Source: Dehalococcoidia bacterium
GTDB lineage: Bacteria > Chloroflexota > Dehalococcoidia > Lucifugimonadales > Lucifugimonadaceae
DNA: 64,000 nucleotides
Direction of reading: 5' to 3'
Assembly (NCBI GenBank): GCA_963663555.2
Contig: CAXXNJ010000005.1
Location: 176,989 to 240,988, forward strand
The position numbers and the translations under genes were made by a program. The notes under the pieces were generated by a model that saw only the letters and a list, made by a program, of their open reading frames with translations, made no database searches and was not told where the DNA came from. Positions 34,733 through 44,518 of this stretch are shown here, one piece after another. The first letter of the stretch is position 1, and every line of letters starts with the position of its first letter.

Positions 34733-36409
34733 CTAGCCGTGGGAGCCGAGCTTGCGGCTGATCGCCGCCTCGGCGACGGGGGAGATCACCTCGTCGATCT
34801 CCACGTTGACGAGAGCCGGCCGCCCCGAGTCGAACGCGCGCTTTAGGGCCGGTTCGAGGTCGGATGCCCGCGTGACGTACTCCGAGTGCGCGCCGAGGCC
34901 CTTGGCCACCAGGTCGTAGCGTGATGGGACCAGGTCGGTCCACACCGTCCTGCCGAACAACCCTTTCTGTATCTGCCAGTCGATGCCCCAAATGCTGTTG
35001 TTGCCGACCACCGCGACCACCGGAAGATCGTGTCTCACGGCCGTATCGAACTCCATGGCGTTGAAGCCTATCGAGCCGTCACCGACGACCAGCACGCTGC
35101 GCTTGCCGGGATACGCCGCCTGCGCTCCCAGCGCGTAAGGTAGTCCGACGCCGATCATCCCGAAGCTGCTCACGTACGACCACCGGAAGGGCTTGTTCGC
35201 CGGAAAGGACGCACGGAAGAAGTGGCAGTAGTCGCCGCCGTCAAAGGTCATCGGCGTGTCGTCGTCAATGAATTTACGGAGGGTCTGGCTGACGAACATC
35301 GGGTGCATCGGATCGGCTTCAACCGCCAGCTCGGCCAGTTCCTCCTTGTAGGCGGCGCGGGTATCTCTTAGCGACTTTACCCACGCCGTTTCCGCCCAGC
35401 GGCGTTTTGAGGCGAGGTCGGTAAGCTGGGATACCACCGGCCCAACGTCCGCCTGTATGCCCACGTCGACCGATCTGGCTCGTCCGATCTCATCCGGTGA
35501 AGGGTCTACGACGATCTTGCTGGCGTCCGGATGGAAGGGCGGGCTGCCCCCGAATCCGACCATGTAGTCGAGCCGTCTGCCCAGCAAAAGTACGGCGTCC
35601 GCCTCGCCGATGCGCTGCGCCGCCTTGTTGAGGGGCAGGTAGCCGAAGCCCATGCTGTACGGGTGGCTGTCCGGTATGAGGGCGCGGGCTGAGTCTTCGG
35701 TGAACAGCGGAATCCGGCAGGTCTCCACCAGCTTCGCCAGCTCCTGCGGCTCCACGGTGGCGCCCGCCCCCGGCCCGGCGAATATCATCGGCCGCTCGGC
35801 AGCGTGAAGCAGCTCGATGGCCCGCTCGGCCTGCCCGGCGTCGCCCGCTACCGGCCTGGGATTGGAGTACTCCGACGGCATGTAGCGCAGGGCCGCTGCG
35901 GAATCGACCTCGGCTGACTGGAAGTCGTGCGGAATGGTTAGATGCACGGGCCCGCGCCGCCCCGCCATTGCGGTCCTCATCGCCAGCGAGACGTATTCCG
36001 GTATCCGCTCCGGCGACGGGATCTGCCAGGCCCCCTTGGTAACCGGGGCCGCGACGCCGACCTGGTCGAACTCTTGCATGGCGCCGCGGCCGAGGTTGGG
36101 GGAGTCGGCCGCGCCGGCGATGTTGATGACGGCCGCCTCGGAGTGCATGGCGTTCGCCAATCCCGGAATGGTGTTGGCGTGGCCGGGCGTGGTGGACAGG
36201 ACGACGCCGGGGCGGCGCAGAAGCCTGGAGTAGGCGTCCGCCATGTGTACGGCCGCCTGCTCGTGGCGGGTGTCGATCATCCTGATCGGCTCGTCCGCCA
36301 TCACGTCGAGCAGGTGCAGGATGTGGTCGCCCGCTATGCCGAAGACGGTATCCACGCCCCCGGCCCTAAGAGCCTCGATCAGCAGGTGGCTGCCAGTTGT
36401 TACAGACAT
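34733..36409 (-). CDS. Thiamine-diphosphate-dependent enzyme (acetolactate synthase / oxalyl-CoA decarboxylase superfamily)
   Basis: N-terminal LLIEALRAGGVDTVFGIAGDHILHLLD, ..HEQAAVHMADAY.., C-terminal GDGSIGFN...NN TPP-binding motif; 558 aa. Confidence 0.85.
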   Translation of the reverse strand: MSVTTGSHLLIEALRAGGVDTVFGIAGDHILHLLDVMADEPIRMIDTRHEQAAVHMADAYSRLLRRPGVVLSTTPGHANTIPGLANAMHSEAAVINIAGAADSPNLGRGAMQEFDQVGVAAPVTKGAWQIPSPERIPEYVSLAMRTAMAGRRGPVHLTIPHDFQSAEVDSAAALRYMPSEYSNPRPVAGDAGQAERAIELLHAAERPMIFAGPGAGATVEPQELAKLVETCRIPLFTEDSARALIPDSHPYSMGFGYLPLNKAAQRIGEADAVLLLGRRLDYMVGFGGSPPFHPDASKIVVDPSPDEIGRARSVDVGIQADVGPVVSQLTDLASKRRWAETAWVKSLRDTRAAYKEELAELAVEADPMHPMFVSQTLRKFIDDDTPMTFDGGDYCHFFRASFPANKPFRWSYVSSFGMIGVGLPYALGAQAAYPGKRSVLVVGDGSIGFNAMEFDTAVRHDLPVVAVVGNNSIWGIDWQIQKGLFGRTVWTDLVPSRYDLVAKGLGAHSEYVTRASDLEPALKRAFDSGRPALVNVEIDEVISPVAEAAISRKLGSHG

Positions 36410-36485
36410 GGGCTAACTCGTCATTCCCGGCTCGGGCGAGCCGCCAAAGAACAGTATACGCGCGCCGCGTCCCCGTCCCAGGCCG

Positions 36486-36788
36486 TCAAAGCAGTTCGAC
36501 GATCACGTTGCGGTAGCGGGTGTTCCCGGTGTTCGTGACGCGGTGGGTGGACGGCCGGTTGTAGACGACGTCCCCCGGTTCCGAGTCGGAGACGCTGGAC
36601 GTGCCGTCGGCATACTCGGCGAGCAGCCGGCCGCCCTCGATTACGATGAACACGTAGTTGCGCTCGTGAGCGTGCCACTCGCTGGCCTCTCCGGGATCCA
36701 GCTTCAATTCCCAGATCTTCACCCGATCGTGTTCTTGCATAACGCTCGTCCCGATGTTCGGGCCCGGCTGCTCTCTCGAAGTCATCAT
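36486..36788 (-). CDS. Small cupin-domain protein
   Basis: GEASEWHAHERNYVFIVIEG ... NTGNTRYRNVIVEL; 100 aa. Confidence 0.65.
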   Translation of the reverse strand: MMTSREQPGPNIGTSVMQEHDRVKIWELKLDPGEASEWHAHERNYVFIVIEGGRLLAEYADGTSSVSDSEPGDVVYNRPSTHRVTNTGNTRYRNVIVELL

Positions 36789-37304
36789 GGCTCCTCAATC
36801 TGAATGCAAGGATCCGCGTAAGCCAAGCGAATAATATCCGCCCTGAGCGGTTGGTGGAGGATCCACCCTTGCATGGCTGAGACTACTCTAAGGCAAACCG
36901 CCTGCAAGATGCCTATCCAGTGGGGAGTCTGACGCTCTTAGTAGGGGAGGTCCGACGAGTGACCGTAGGCGCCAAGCGGCTCTACTGCCTGAATCTTCTA
37001 AGGAAGCCCGTCCATTCCTTGACCGGAATACCGGACAGCGGCAGAGCCATGATCTCTGAAATATAGTCGTCCATCAGACCGGTTCGCGCAAGGCGTCCAA
37101 AGTTGCCGCCCCTGTCACTTTCGGGGCGGTCAGTGGTCTGGTCGCTCTTGGACGGATAGGGAGTGACTCGTTCCGGGGTCTTGATGCCTCTGTCGCCCTT
37201 TGCCTCCCGCACTTCCGTCCACCAGTAGTTGCGGTACTCGGCTGCATACTTGGCAGAAACGACAAACGGCTTGAACGTTATGGGAGTACCTGACAAGACG
37301 TTGC

Positions 37305-37751
37305 TCAGGCCCAAGGCACGACCACCAGCAAATCTGCCGGCGCGCACGCGTCCGGCGTAACTTGGAACCGGAAATTGGGCATCTGTTCCTTTGCCAGCAG
37401 ATACCAGCCCTTCAGTTCGATTCCCATGAGAATTTCGGAGCCGTTGCGGTCAGCCTTTAGAAGGACATCGGGAAATACCTGAGCTTGGCGATAGAACGAG
37501 TAGCGGATGTACTGTTCCTCCGGGTCCCACGCAGTTCTCATGCGATTCAACGTTGACACGACCTGCGCCTCGATCGTCGCACCAAGCATCTGGTTCAGCG
37601 TTTGCAAGTCCGTGGCGACCAGCCCTTCAATGACAGTGGGGCTTTCGAAGTGCGCAGGCACCGAGTAGAGCGCGCGAACCACCCTGTCGTGGAGTTCGGC
37701 GTGCGGCCAGTCGGGACTGGGCTTGGAGGCTGAGCGGGAGGGGGCTGGCAT
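37305..37751 (-). CDS. Putative PD-(D/E)xK type II restriction endonuclease (possibly frameshifted into ORF 36982..37347)
   Basis: FPD(95)VLLKADRNGSEILMGIE(112)LK(114)GWY gives a PD...ExK signature. ATG 37751. Low-GC islet next to a DNA methyltransferase. The frame ends ..LLVVVPWA* while an overlapping frame continues ..LSNVLSGTPITFKPFVV... Confidence 0.4.
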   Translation of the reverse strand: MPAPSRSASKPSPDWPHAELHDRVVRALYSVPAHFESPTVIEGLVATDLQTLNQMLGATIEAQVVSTLNRMRTAWDPEEQYIRYSFYRQAQVFPDVLLKADRNGSEILMGIELKGWYLLAKEQMPNFRFQVTPDACAPADLLVVVPWA

Positions 37752-38794
37752 GACGTGAGAGCCTGTCGCGCGATACCGAGAAGTATTCCTCCCAAGACTT
37801 CGGCGCTGAAGCGCTTGCGCCCGGTATTTACAGGTGCAATGGCCACCGAACAAAGGCCGCCAAAGGGTTCCCAGACAAAATCGCCCGGATCAGTAGATGC
37901 GGTAATGGCTAGCTCAAGTAGACGCAACGGCTTCTGGTTCATGTGCGCGATCTTGTATTCATGCTTCAGTCGTTCCGTACCGCGTACTGCCGGTTCCCTC
38001 CAGACGTTGGTAATGCCGACGTTGCAGTAGAACTTTGCCCGCATCCGGCCCCATTCAATTCCGCTTAGAGGCCTCTTGCTATCGATACTGAAATACGGCT
38101 TACCCTGAAGCTTTCCGTATCTGTTGGCGTACGATGCCATCCGCTCGAACGCTTCGGGTGGCGGGAAGTACCAGAGATGGCATTCCGTCAGGTATTTTCG
38201 AGTAGCGGCGTTCCTTACGCCGCACGCCTCGTTGGCCTTGGCAAAAGGTATACCGGTGCGCTTCCACTCGCTGCGCAGCCACTGTTGTAGATTGATCCCC
38301 TTGCCGTTGGATTCTAGGGTGACGCGACGAACGTATTGGGCGCAGACCTCAGTGACGACGGGAAATTTCCGAAAGGTCTTGCTGTTCGCATTGCCGGCGA
38401 TGTGACCGGCGCCCTTATCCCAAATGTGGCACCCCCGATAGTCCCAGCCATGGGCTGCCAGGAGCGGGTGCACGGTGGCCCAGCCGATCTCGGTGTTTCA
38501 GAACCACAGCGTCGTATCGGGCATAGCCCTTTCGGACCACACCTCTACGTGGGGCCGGTACCACTCTGCCAATTCGTGATGGGAAAGCGGGTCTCCGGGA
38601 AATGCGCCCAGTCCGTACGGCCCGTCGGCAATGATGGCAGTTGGGGACGGCCAATCGGGGGAAACCTCCAAGAAGTCCCCCAGTTGCAGCGTTGCCCCCA
38701 GCCGGGAGTAGAAGGAAGGCTCTTCACGGTCAGCGTCGAAGCCTGCCGACCTGAGGAGAATTCCGTCTCTGTCCAGTGCAGTAGCCAAAGTCAT
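37595..38794 (-). pseudogene. Beta-class (motif IV before motif I) N4/N6 DNA methyltransferase, disrupted by an in-frame TGA and probably a C-terminal frameshift
   Basis: IIADGPYG (DPPY-like motif IV) in ORF 38498..38899. VWEPFGGLCS (motif I FxGxG) in ORF 37595..38473. The two ORFs share a frame, separated only by TGA at 38500-38498 (..TTLWF*NTEIGWATVHPLL..). ATG 38794 with GGAAGG upstream. The tail of the 3' ORF is junk, while another frame reads WEEYFSVSRDRL. Confidence 0.7.
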
Positions 38795-38914
38795 CTCGCC
38801 CCTTCCCAACCGATTGTGCCATGCTTTGGAATTTGCCGTCCGCCATATGTCACACGCCAAGCTTCCGCCCTGCACAGCTACCGACGCGGCGATGCCCAAA
38901 TTGTGCGGCCGGGC

Positions 38915-40322
38915 TCAGGGAACGAACAGGTCTATGAACTTGTCAACCGGCATGGCGTCTAGCCTGTTGGAGTCGCGGCACGTCTGCATGATGGCGTCGG
39001 CGCGGGCGGGGGAGAACCTGGTTCGCAGGTTGGACTCGAACTTGCGCCATAGGAGGGGCGTCGCCTCTTTCCGCCGCCGCCGGTGGCCCACGGGGTATTC
39101 CACGGCCACCTTGGGGGTCGAATCGCCGTTCTTGAAGAAGACCTGCACGGCGTTGGCGATGGAGCGCTTGTCGGGGTCGAGGTAGTCGACGCTGTAACGG
39201 CGGTCCTCGACCACATTCATGCGGGCGCGCAGGGCGTCTATCCGCGGGTCGGCAGCCGCCTCATCCTCGTAGTCGTCGGCGTCCAGCGTTCCCTTGATGA
39301 GCGGCACGGCAACCATGTATTGCAGGCAGTGGTCGCGGTCGGCCGGGTTCATGAGCGGGCCGGTCTTGTCGATGATTCGCACCGCCGGCTCCTGCGTCGT
39401 TATCCTCACCGACTCGATCTCGTCCACTCGATGTCCGACCTGCGGATGCAGCTCCACCGCGCACTCGACGGCGGTCTGAGCGTGGAACTCGGCCGGGTAG
39501 GAGATCTTGAAGAGCACGTTCTCCATCACGTACGAACCGAGGGGCCGGGCCAGCGTGATCTCTTCGCCCCGGAACCACCTTTCCTGGAAGCCCCATCCCG
39601 GAGCCGTTAGCGGGGAGTCGTAGCCCATCTCGCCGCGCATGGCCATGAGGGCCATCCGGACTCCCCTGCTGGATGCGTCCCCGGCGGCCCACGACTTGCG
39701 CGAGCCGGTGTTTGGGGCCTGCCGGTAGACGCGCAGCGTGGCATCGAGCCAGGCGTTGGACACCGCGTTGTAGACCTGCTCCCTGTCGCCTCCGAGCATC
39801 GCGGCGGCCACGGCAGCCGACGCCACCTTGACGAGCAGCACGTGATCGATGCCCACCCTGTTGAAGGCGTTGTCCAGCGCAAGTACGCCCTGTATCTCGT
39901 AGGCCTTGACCGCAGCCGCCAGCACGTCGCCCACGGCGAGCGGCTTGTCGCTTTGCGAGCGGCTCAAGTAGTCGGCAAGGGCCAGGATTGCGCCGAAGTT
40001 GTCCGACGGATGCCCCCCACTCGGCGGCCAGCCAGGTGTCGTTGAAGTCCAGCCAGCGCACGGCGGCCCCTATGTCGAAGGCCGCCTTGACCGGATCCAG
40101 TGAGTATGACGTGCCCGGCACGCGCGCCCCGCCGGGCACGACCGTTCCATCCACGTGCGGGCCAAGCAGCCGCGTGCAGGCCGGATAGTTAAGCGCCAGC
40201 AGGGCGCAGCCCAGCGAGTCGATTAGGCAGAGACGCGCCGTGTCCGTCGCCAGTTCCCCCGTCTCGTCCGGGCCCGTTGCGTATTCCGCTATGGCATCGA
40301 TTATGGCTTCGCGCTCAGGCAT
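38915..40322 (-). pseudogene. prpD: 2-methylcitrate dehydratase, interrupted by a +1 frameshift in a C6 run (40013-40018)
   Basis: N-terminal part (frame of 40322) reads ..[15 protein letters not shown]. The continuation [60 protein letters not shown] is in the frame of ORF 38915..39967. Both halves match PrpD closely. Confidence 0.85.
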
Positions 40323-40414
40323 CTCATCGTGTCCCTATTTTCATCCTTCCGCCGCGCCACGGATTCCGACGTGCGACGAAAGTCCCTGCGGCGTTGCGCA
40401 TAGACGGTTGCCGC

Positions 40415-41535
40415 CTATGGCCGCAAGTCGATTGGCGTCCACTCCAGCATTTCCGGGCCGGTGTACTCGGCCAGCGGGCGGATCAGCTTGTTGTCGTTGC
40501 GCTGCTCTATCACGTGCGCGGCCCATCCCGCAGTGCGGGCAATGACGAACAGCGGCGTGAACATGGAGGTCGGCACGCCGCAGTAGTGGTAGACCGACGC
40601 CGAGTAGAAGTCGAGGTTCGGAAACAGCCTCTTCTCCTGCCGCATCACCTGCTCTATGCGCTCCGATATCTCGTACAGCGTCGCGTCGCCGGACTGCTCG
40701 CCCAACCGCTTGGAAGCCTCCTTGACGAAGTCCGACCGGGGATCGCCGGTCTTGTAGACGCGATGCCCGAATCCCATGATTAGCCGCCTAGCGCCAGCAT
40801 CTGGCGCAGCGCCTTTTCTGCCTCTCCGGGTGAATCGAAACTGCCGATCAACTCCATGGCGGCCTCGTTTGCACCGCCGTGCAGCGGACCGCGCAGCGCT
40901 CCTATGGCGCCGGCGATTGCGGAATAGAAGTCGGCCAGCGTGCTGGCGACTACCCTGGCGACGAAGGTGGAGGCGTTGAACTCGTGCTCCGCGTACAGCA
41001 CCAGCGACATGTCGAGCGCCCGCCGCCTGTCCGCATCGGGATCGGCGCCCGTCAGCAGCCGCAGGAAGTGCCCGGCCACCGAGTCGTCGTCCGTGCAGGT
41101 GTCGATCCTCTCCCCGCGCTGGTGGAACCTGTACCAGTAGACCAGCATTCCGCCTAGGGACGCAGTGAGGCGGTCCGCTATGCCCGCCCCGGTCCTGCCG
41201 TCCTCGCCCTCCGGCTCCAGCACGCCCAGCACGGATACGCCGGTGCGTAAGACGTCCATCGGGTGAGCCGTGCCCGGCGTCAGTTCAAGCACGGTCTTTA
41301 GCTCGTCCGGCAGCCCGCGCATCCCCTTCAGCTTCGCGTTGTAGGCATCGAGCTGCGCCCTGTTCGGAAGGCGGTTATAGATCAGCAGGTACGCCACCTC
41401 CTCAAAGGTTGCGTGCTTGGCGAGGTCGGCTATGCCGTAGCCCCGGTAGGTGAGGCCGGAACTCTCGTGGCCGACCGTGGCGATTGCGGAGCGTCCGGCG
41501 ATTACGCCGGCCAGGCCCTCGGACGCAGTGGTCAT
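40415..41535 (-). pseudogene. prpC: 2-methylcitrate/citrate synthase, interrupted by a 1-nt frameshift near 40780-40790
   Basis: ORF 40780..41535 ends ..[12 protein letters not shown]. The catalytic [15 protein letters not shown]... continues in another frame (40415..40777). Restoring one base gives ..[16 protein letters not shown]. Confidence 0.85.
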
Positions 41536-41538
41536 CGC

Positions 41539-42426
41539 TTATGTCTCCCCGTCGGACGAGAACAGCTCGTCCAACTTGCGCTCGTAGTCGTGGTATCCAA
41601 TTTGACTGTACAGCTCTTCCCTGCTCTGCATCTTGTCCAGCAAGCCTCGCTGGGTGCCGATGGAGCGGAGTTCATGGTAGACCTCCAACGCCGCCGCGCT
41701 CATCGCCCTGAATGCCGACAGGGGATACAGGACGAGCGCCACGCCGCTGCCGCCCAACTCGCTGACGGTGAACAGCGGCGTTACCCCGAACTCGGTGATG
41801 TTGGCAAGGACCGGCGCGTCGACTGCCCCGGTGAAGCTGGCATAGCCGTCCAACGTCTCTATCGCCTCTGCGAAGATCATGTCCGCCCCGGCCTCCACGT
41901 ATGCCTGCGAGCGAGCGATTCCGGCGGACAGTCCCTCGCCGGCGACGGCATCGGTGCGGGCCATGATGACGAATTCGCCGTAGGGCCGGGCGTCGACGGC
42001 GGCCTTGATGCGGTCGCACATCTCGCCGGCGGATACGAGCCGCTTGCCCGGCCGGTGCCCGCACCGCTTGGCCTGCACTTGGTCCTCAAGGTGCATCCCG
42101 GCGGCGCCCGCCCGCGCCAGCTCGCGGGTCGAGCGGGCGATCATCATGGCCGCGCCCCAACCAGTGTCCGCGTCGACGAGCAGCGGCAGGTCTACCGCGC
42201 CGGCAATGCGCCGTACGTCCTCCGCAACGTTGTCCAGCGTTGTCATTCCCAGGTCCGGCAGCCCGTAAGAGGCCGTCGCAACGCCGCTGCCGGAAAGATA
42301 GACCGCCCGGAAGCCGGCGGACGCAGCAAGCATGGCGCTGTAGGCGTTGACTGCGCCCGCGACCTGGAGAGGCCGCTCAGCCTCGAGCGCGGCCCATATC
42401 TTTGCGCCGGGCGATGCCATATTCAA
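41539..42426 (-). CDS. prpB: Methylisocitrate lyase (PEP mutase/ICL superfamily)
   Basis: [16 protein letters not shown] motif; 295 aa; directly upstream of prpC. Confidence 0.88.
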   Translation of the reverse strand: MNMASPGAKIWAALEAERPLQVAGAVNAYSAMLAASAGFRAVYLSGSGVATASYGLPDLGMTTLDNVAEDVRRIAGAVDLPLLVDADTGWGAAMMIARSTRELARAGAAGMHLEDQVQAKRCGHRPGKRLVSAGEMCDRIKAAVDARPYGEFVIMARTDAVAGEGLSAGIARSQAYVEAGADMIFAEAIETLDGYASFTGAVDAPVLANITEFGVTPLFTVSELGGSGVALVLYPLSAFRAMSAAALEVYHELRSIGTQRGLLDKMQSREELYSQIGYHDYERKLDELFSSDGET

Positions 42427-42524
42427 ACTAGCGCGTCCTGCCGACTTGTCCTTGCAGCCGCATAGGCGGCCGACACTTCCGGTTGCAGGGAATTATATGG
42501 GCCTGAGCATGACTGCCGGGGCGC

Positions 42525-43340
42525 TTAGCCGTTCAACATCTCCGATATGCCGTTGATCAGCGTGACGGGAACAAGGCAAAGCAGCACGATGCCGATCACC
42601 AGGCGCAAACGGTCGGCCTTGATGGCGCCGGTCAGGCGCGCGCCCAAGAAGAACCCGACGACGGCCGCCCCTCCCATCACTCCCAGCAGCGGCCACGATA
42701 CGTTGCCGCCGATAAGGTGGCCTCCCAGCCCAAACAGCCCTATCAGCACGCCTATCGCCGTGTTCGTGCCAACCGCCTGACCGGGAGCGAGCTTCATCAG
42801 GTTGATCAGCGCCGGCATTCGCAGCATGGCGAGCAGCAGCCCCACGGCTCCGCCCAAAATGCCGATGGTGGCGCTCACCGCGCTGTCTTTCGCAAATTGG
42901 ACTACGCGCTGCCTGCCCGGGTGGACAGGGTAGCCGGAGCGAGAGTGCAACTCCGTCTTGTCCGGGCTTATGGCTCGTACTATCAGCGTGGTCGCGGACC
43001 ACAGGATCAGTACCGACACCGCTATAAGCAACGCCCACGCCGGAACCAAGTCGGCGAAGGCGGCCCCGATGAACGTGCCCAGAACGGCGGGCAAGCCCAT
43101 CACAAACACCACTCGAAGCACCACCCTGCCAGACCGCAAGTGCTCCCAGCTGCCTGCCACGGAGCCGAACATCCCGACGCCCATGTTGGTGCCCGCCGCC
43201 GTAAGCGGGTCTATTCCAAGGAAGAGCATTACCGGCAGCCGCATCGTTCCAAGCGCCAGCCCAGACATGCCGCCGATCACCCCTGAGACGGCGGATACGG
43301 CCGCGAGAACGGCGTACTCAGTGGCCGCTAGATCGATCAT
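42525..43340 (-). CDS. TSUP (TauE/SafE) family anion exporter
   Basis: ~270-aa polytopic membrane protein with internal duplication and Gly-rich helices (GGMSGLALG, GILGGAVGLLLA). Confidence 0.65.
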   Translation of the reverse strand: MIDLAATEYAVLAAVSAVSGVIGGMSGLALGTMRLPVMLFLGIDPLTAAGTNMGVGMFGSVAGSWEHLRSGRVVLRVVFVMGLPAVLGTFIGAAFADLVPAWALLIAVSVLILWSATTLIVRAISPDKTELHSRSGYPVHPGRQRVVQFAKDSAVSATIGILGGAVGLLLAMLRMPALINLMKLAPGQAVGTNTAIGVLIGLFGLGGHLIGGNVSWPLLGVMGGAAVVGFFLGARLTGAIKADRLRLVIGIVLLCLVPVTLINGISEMLNG

Positions 43341-43488
43341 GGCCGCCGGGGACCTGCGCGGCCCGTCCTATTGCAGGCTATTCGTAATCTAGTGCGGGCG
43401 GACGACCCACTCGGCGGCGCGGCCGGCGGGCGAAAAGTCCGCCCGCGCGTACAGGCGCAGGAACAGTTGCCGGAAGACGTTTCGCCGC

Positions 43489-44421
43489 TCAAACCAGCCC
43501 GTGCTCCTCTAGCAGCCGGTCCAGTTCACGGATTTGCGTTTCGTCAGGGTCGAGCCCGGGGTGGCGCCCGTAGGACGACTCTAGGCCGGTAATCCCGCGG
43601 CGGGCCATCACGTACTTGTAGATCCTGTTGGACAGGCCCTGACCCTGCGCCAGCGTCCGAATCAGCGGCGCGTAGCGGAAGAACTCGCGCTCCGCCGCGT
43701 CCTCGTCGCCCTTCTCCCAGAGATTCCAGATGCGCACCCACACGTCCGGCATGGTCGAACCGGGCATCGTTCCCACGGAGCCCCGGCGCAGCTCCTCCAG
43801 GAAGAAAGCGCCGCCGGCCCCGCCGAAAAGTATCAGGCCGCTGTCGCCCCGCAGCCGCGCAGCCTCGGCGGTGCGCGGCACGGTCGGCGGGCACTCGACC
43901 TTGATGTAGCACAGGTTCTCGTTGCGCGCCGCGCACGCCACCGCCATGCCGGGCGGAACCTGGGCGTTGCTCTGGTCCTGCATGAAGATGGGTATCGAGA
44001 CAGCCTCGCCTATCCGCACGAAGAACTCGATGACCTCCGAAGCCACCGTGGGCACGTACGTTGGCGGACGTATCATCAAAGCGTCGGCGCCAAGGTCCTC
44101 GGCGCGCTTCGACTGGTCGATTGTGACGTCGGTGCCCTCCGCTCCCGTGTTCATCACCACCTTGGCCCGCCCGTTTGTCGTCTCGACAACGCGGGTCAGT
44201 ACCTCATCGCGTTCAGGCCCCGTCAGCTTGTACACCTCGCTGGCCATGGCTATGCCCATCCCGTCCACGCCGGACTCGACGAACCACTCCACCTCTTTTT
44301 CAAGGTCCTCGTAGTGGATGCTTCCGTCCTTCCTGAACGGCGTGGAGAGTATCGGGTAGACGCCCCTCATGCTGCGGTCTGGCACTTTCAAGTCCTCGCT
44401 TTGGTATGACTGTCTATGCAC
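43489..44421 (-). CDS. Dihydrodipicolinate synthase/N-acetylneuraminate lyase family (class I aldolase)
   Basis: MRGVYPILSTPFRKDGSIHYEDL..., GVDGMGIAMASEV. The start may be the internal ATG at 44370. Confidence 0.75.
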   Translation of the reverse strand: MHRQSYQSEDLKVPDRSMRGVYPILSTPFRKDGSIHYEDLEKEVEWFVESGVDGMGIAMASEVYKLTGPERDEVLTRVVETTNGRAKVVMNTGAEGTDVTIDQSKRAEDLGADALMIRPPTYVPTVASEVIEFFVRIGEAVSIPIFMQDQSNAQVPPGMAVACAARNENLCYIKVECPPTVPRTAEAARLRGDSGLILFGGAGGAFFLEELRRGSVGTMPGSTMPDVWVRIWNLWEKGDEDAAEREFFRYAPLIRTLAQGQGLSNRIYKYVMARRGITGLESSYGRHPGLDPDETQIRELDRLLEEHGLV

Positions 44422-44518
44422 GGACGGCCGCCTCTAGCCGCGCCGCAACCGGCACAAGTCAAGGGCAAGCGCCGGGCAGCCGGATTCTACAGGACTAAGG
44501 CACACGGCCCTTGGGCGG

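Noticed and set aside
36790-36981. Possible tRNA fragment or att site marking the left edge of the R-M islet
   Set aside because: No cloverleaf or T-arm (GTTCGAATC-like) sequence could be found by eye. Only an imperfect inverted repeat with GGATCC cores is present, and no matching direct repeat is seen at the right edge (38900-38914).
38498-38500. The in-frame TGA in the DNA methyltransferase as selenocysteine or programmed read-through
   Set aside because: No SECIS-like hairpin is evident downstream, and a Cys/Sec has no role at that position of this enzyme class. Trp (TGG) fits the context, and the same gene and its neighbour show further frame problems, so a nonsense lesion or sequencing error is more plausible.
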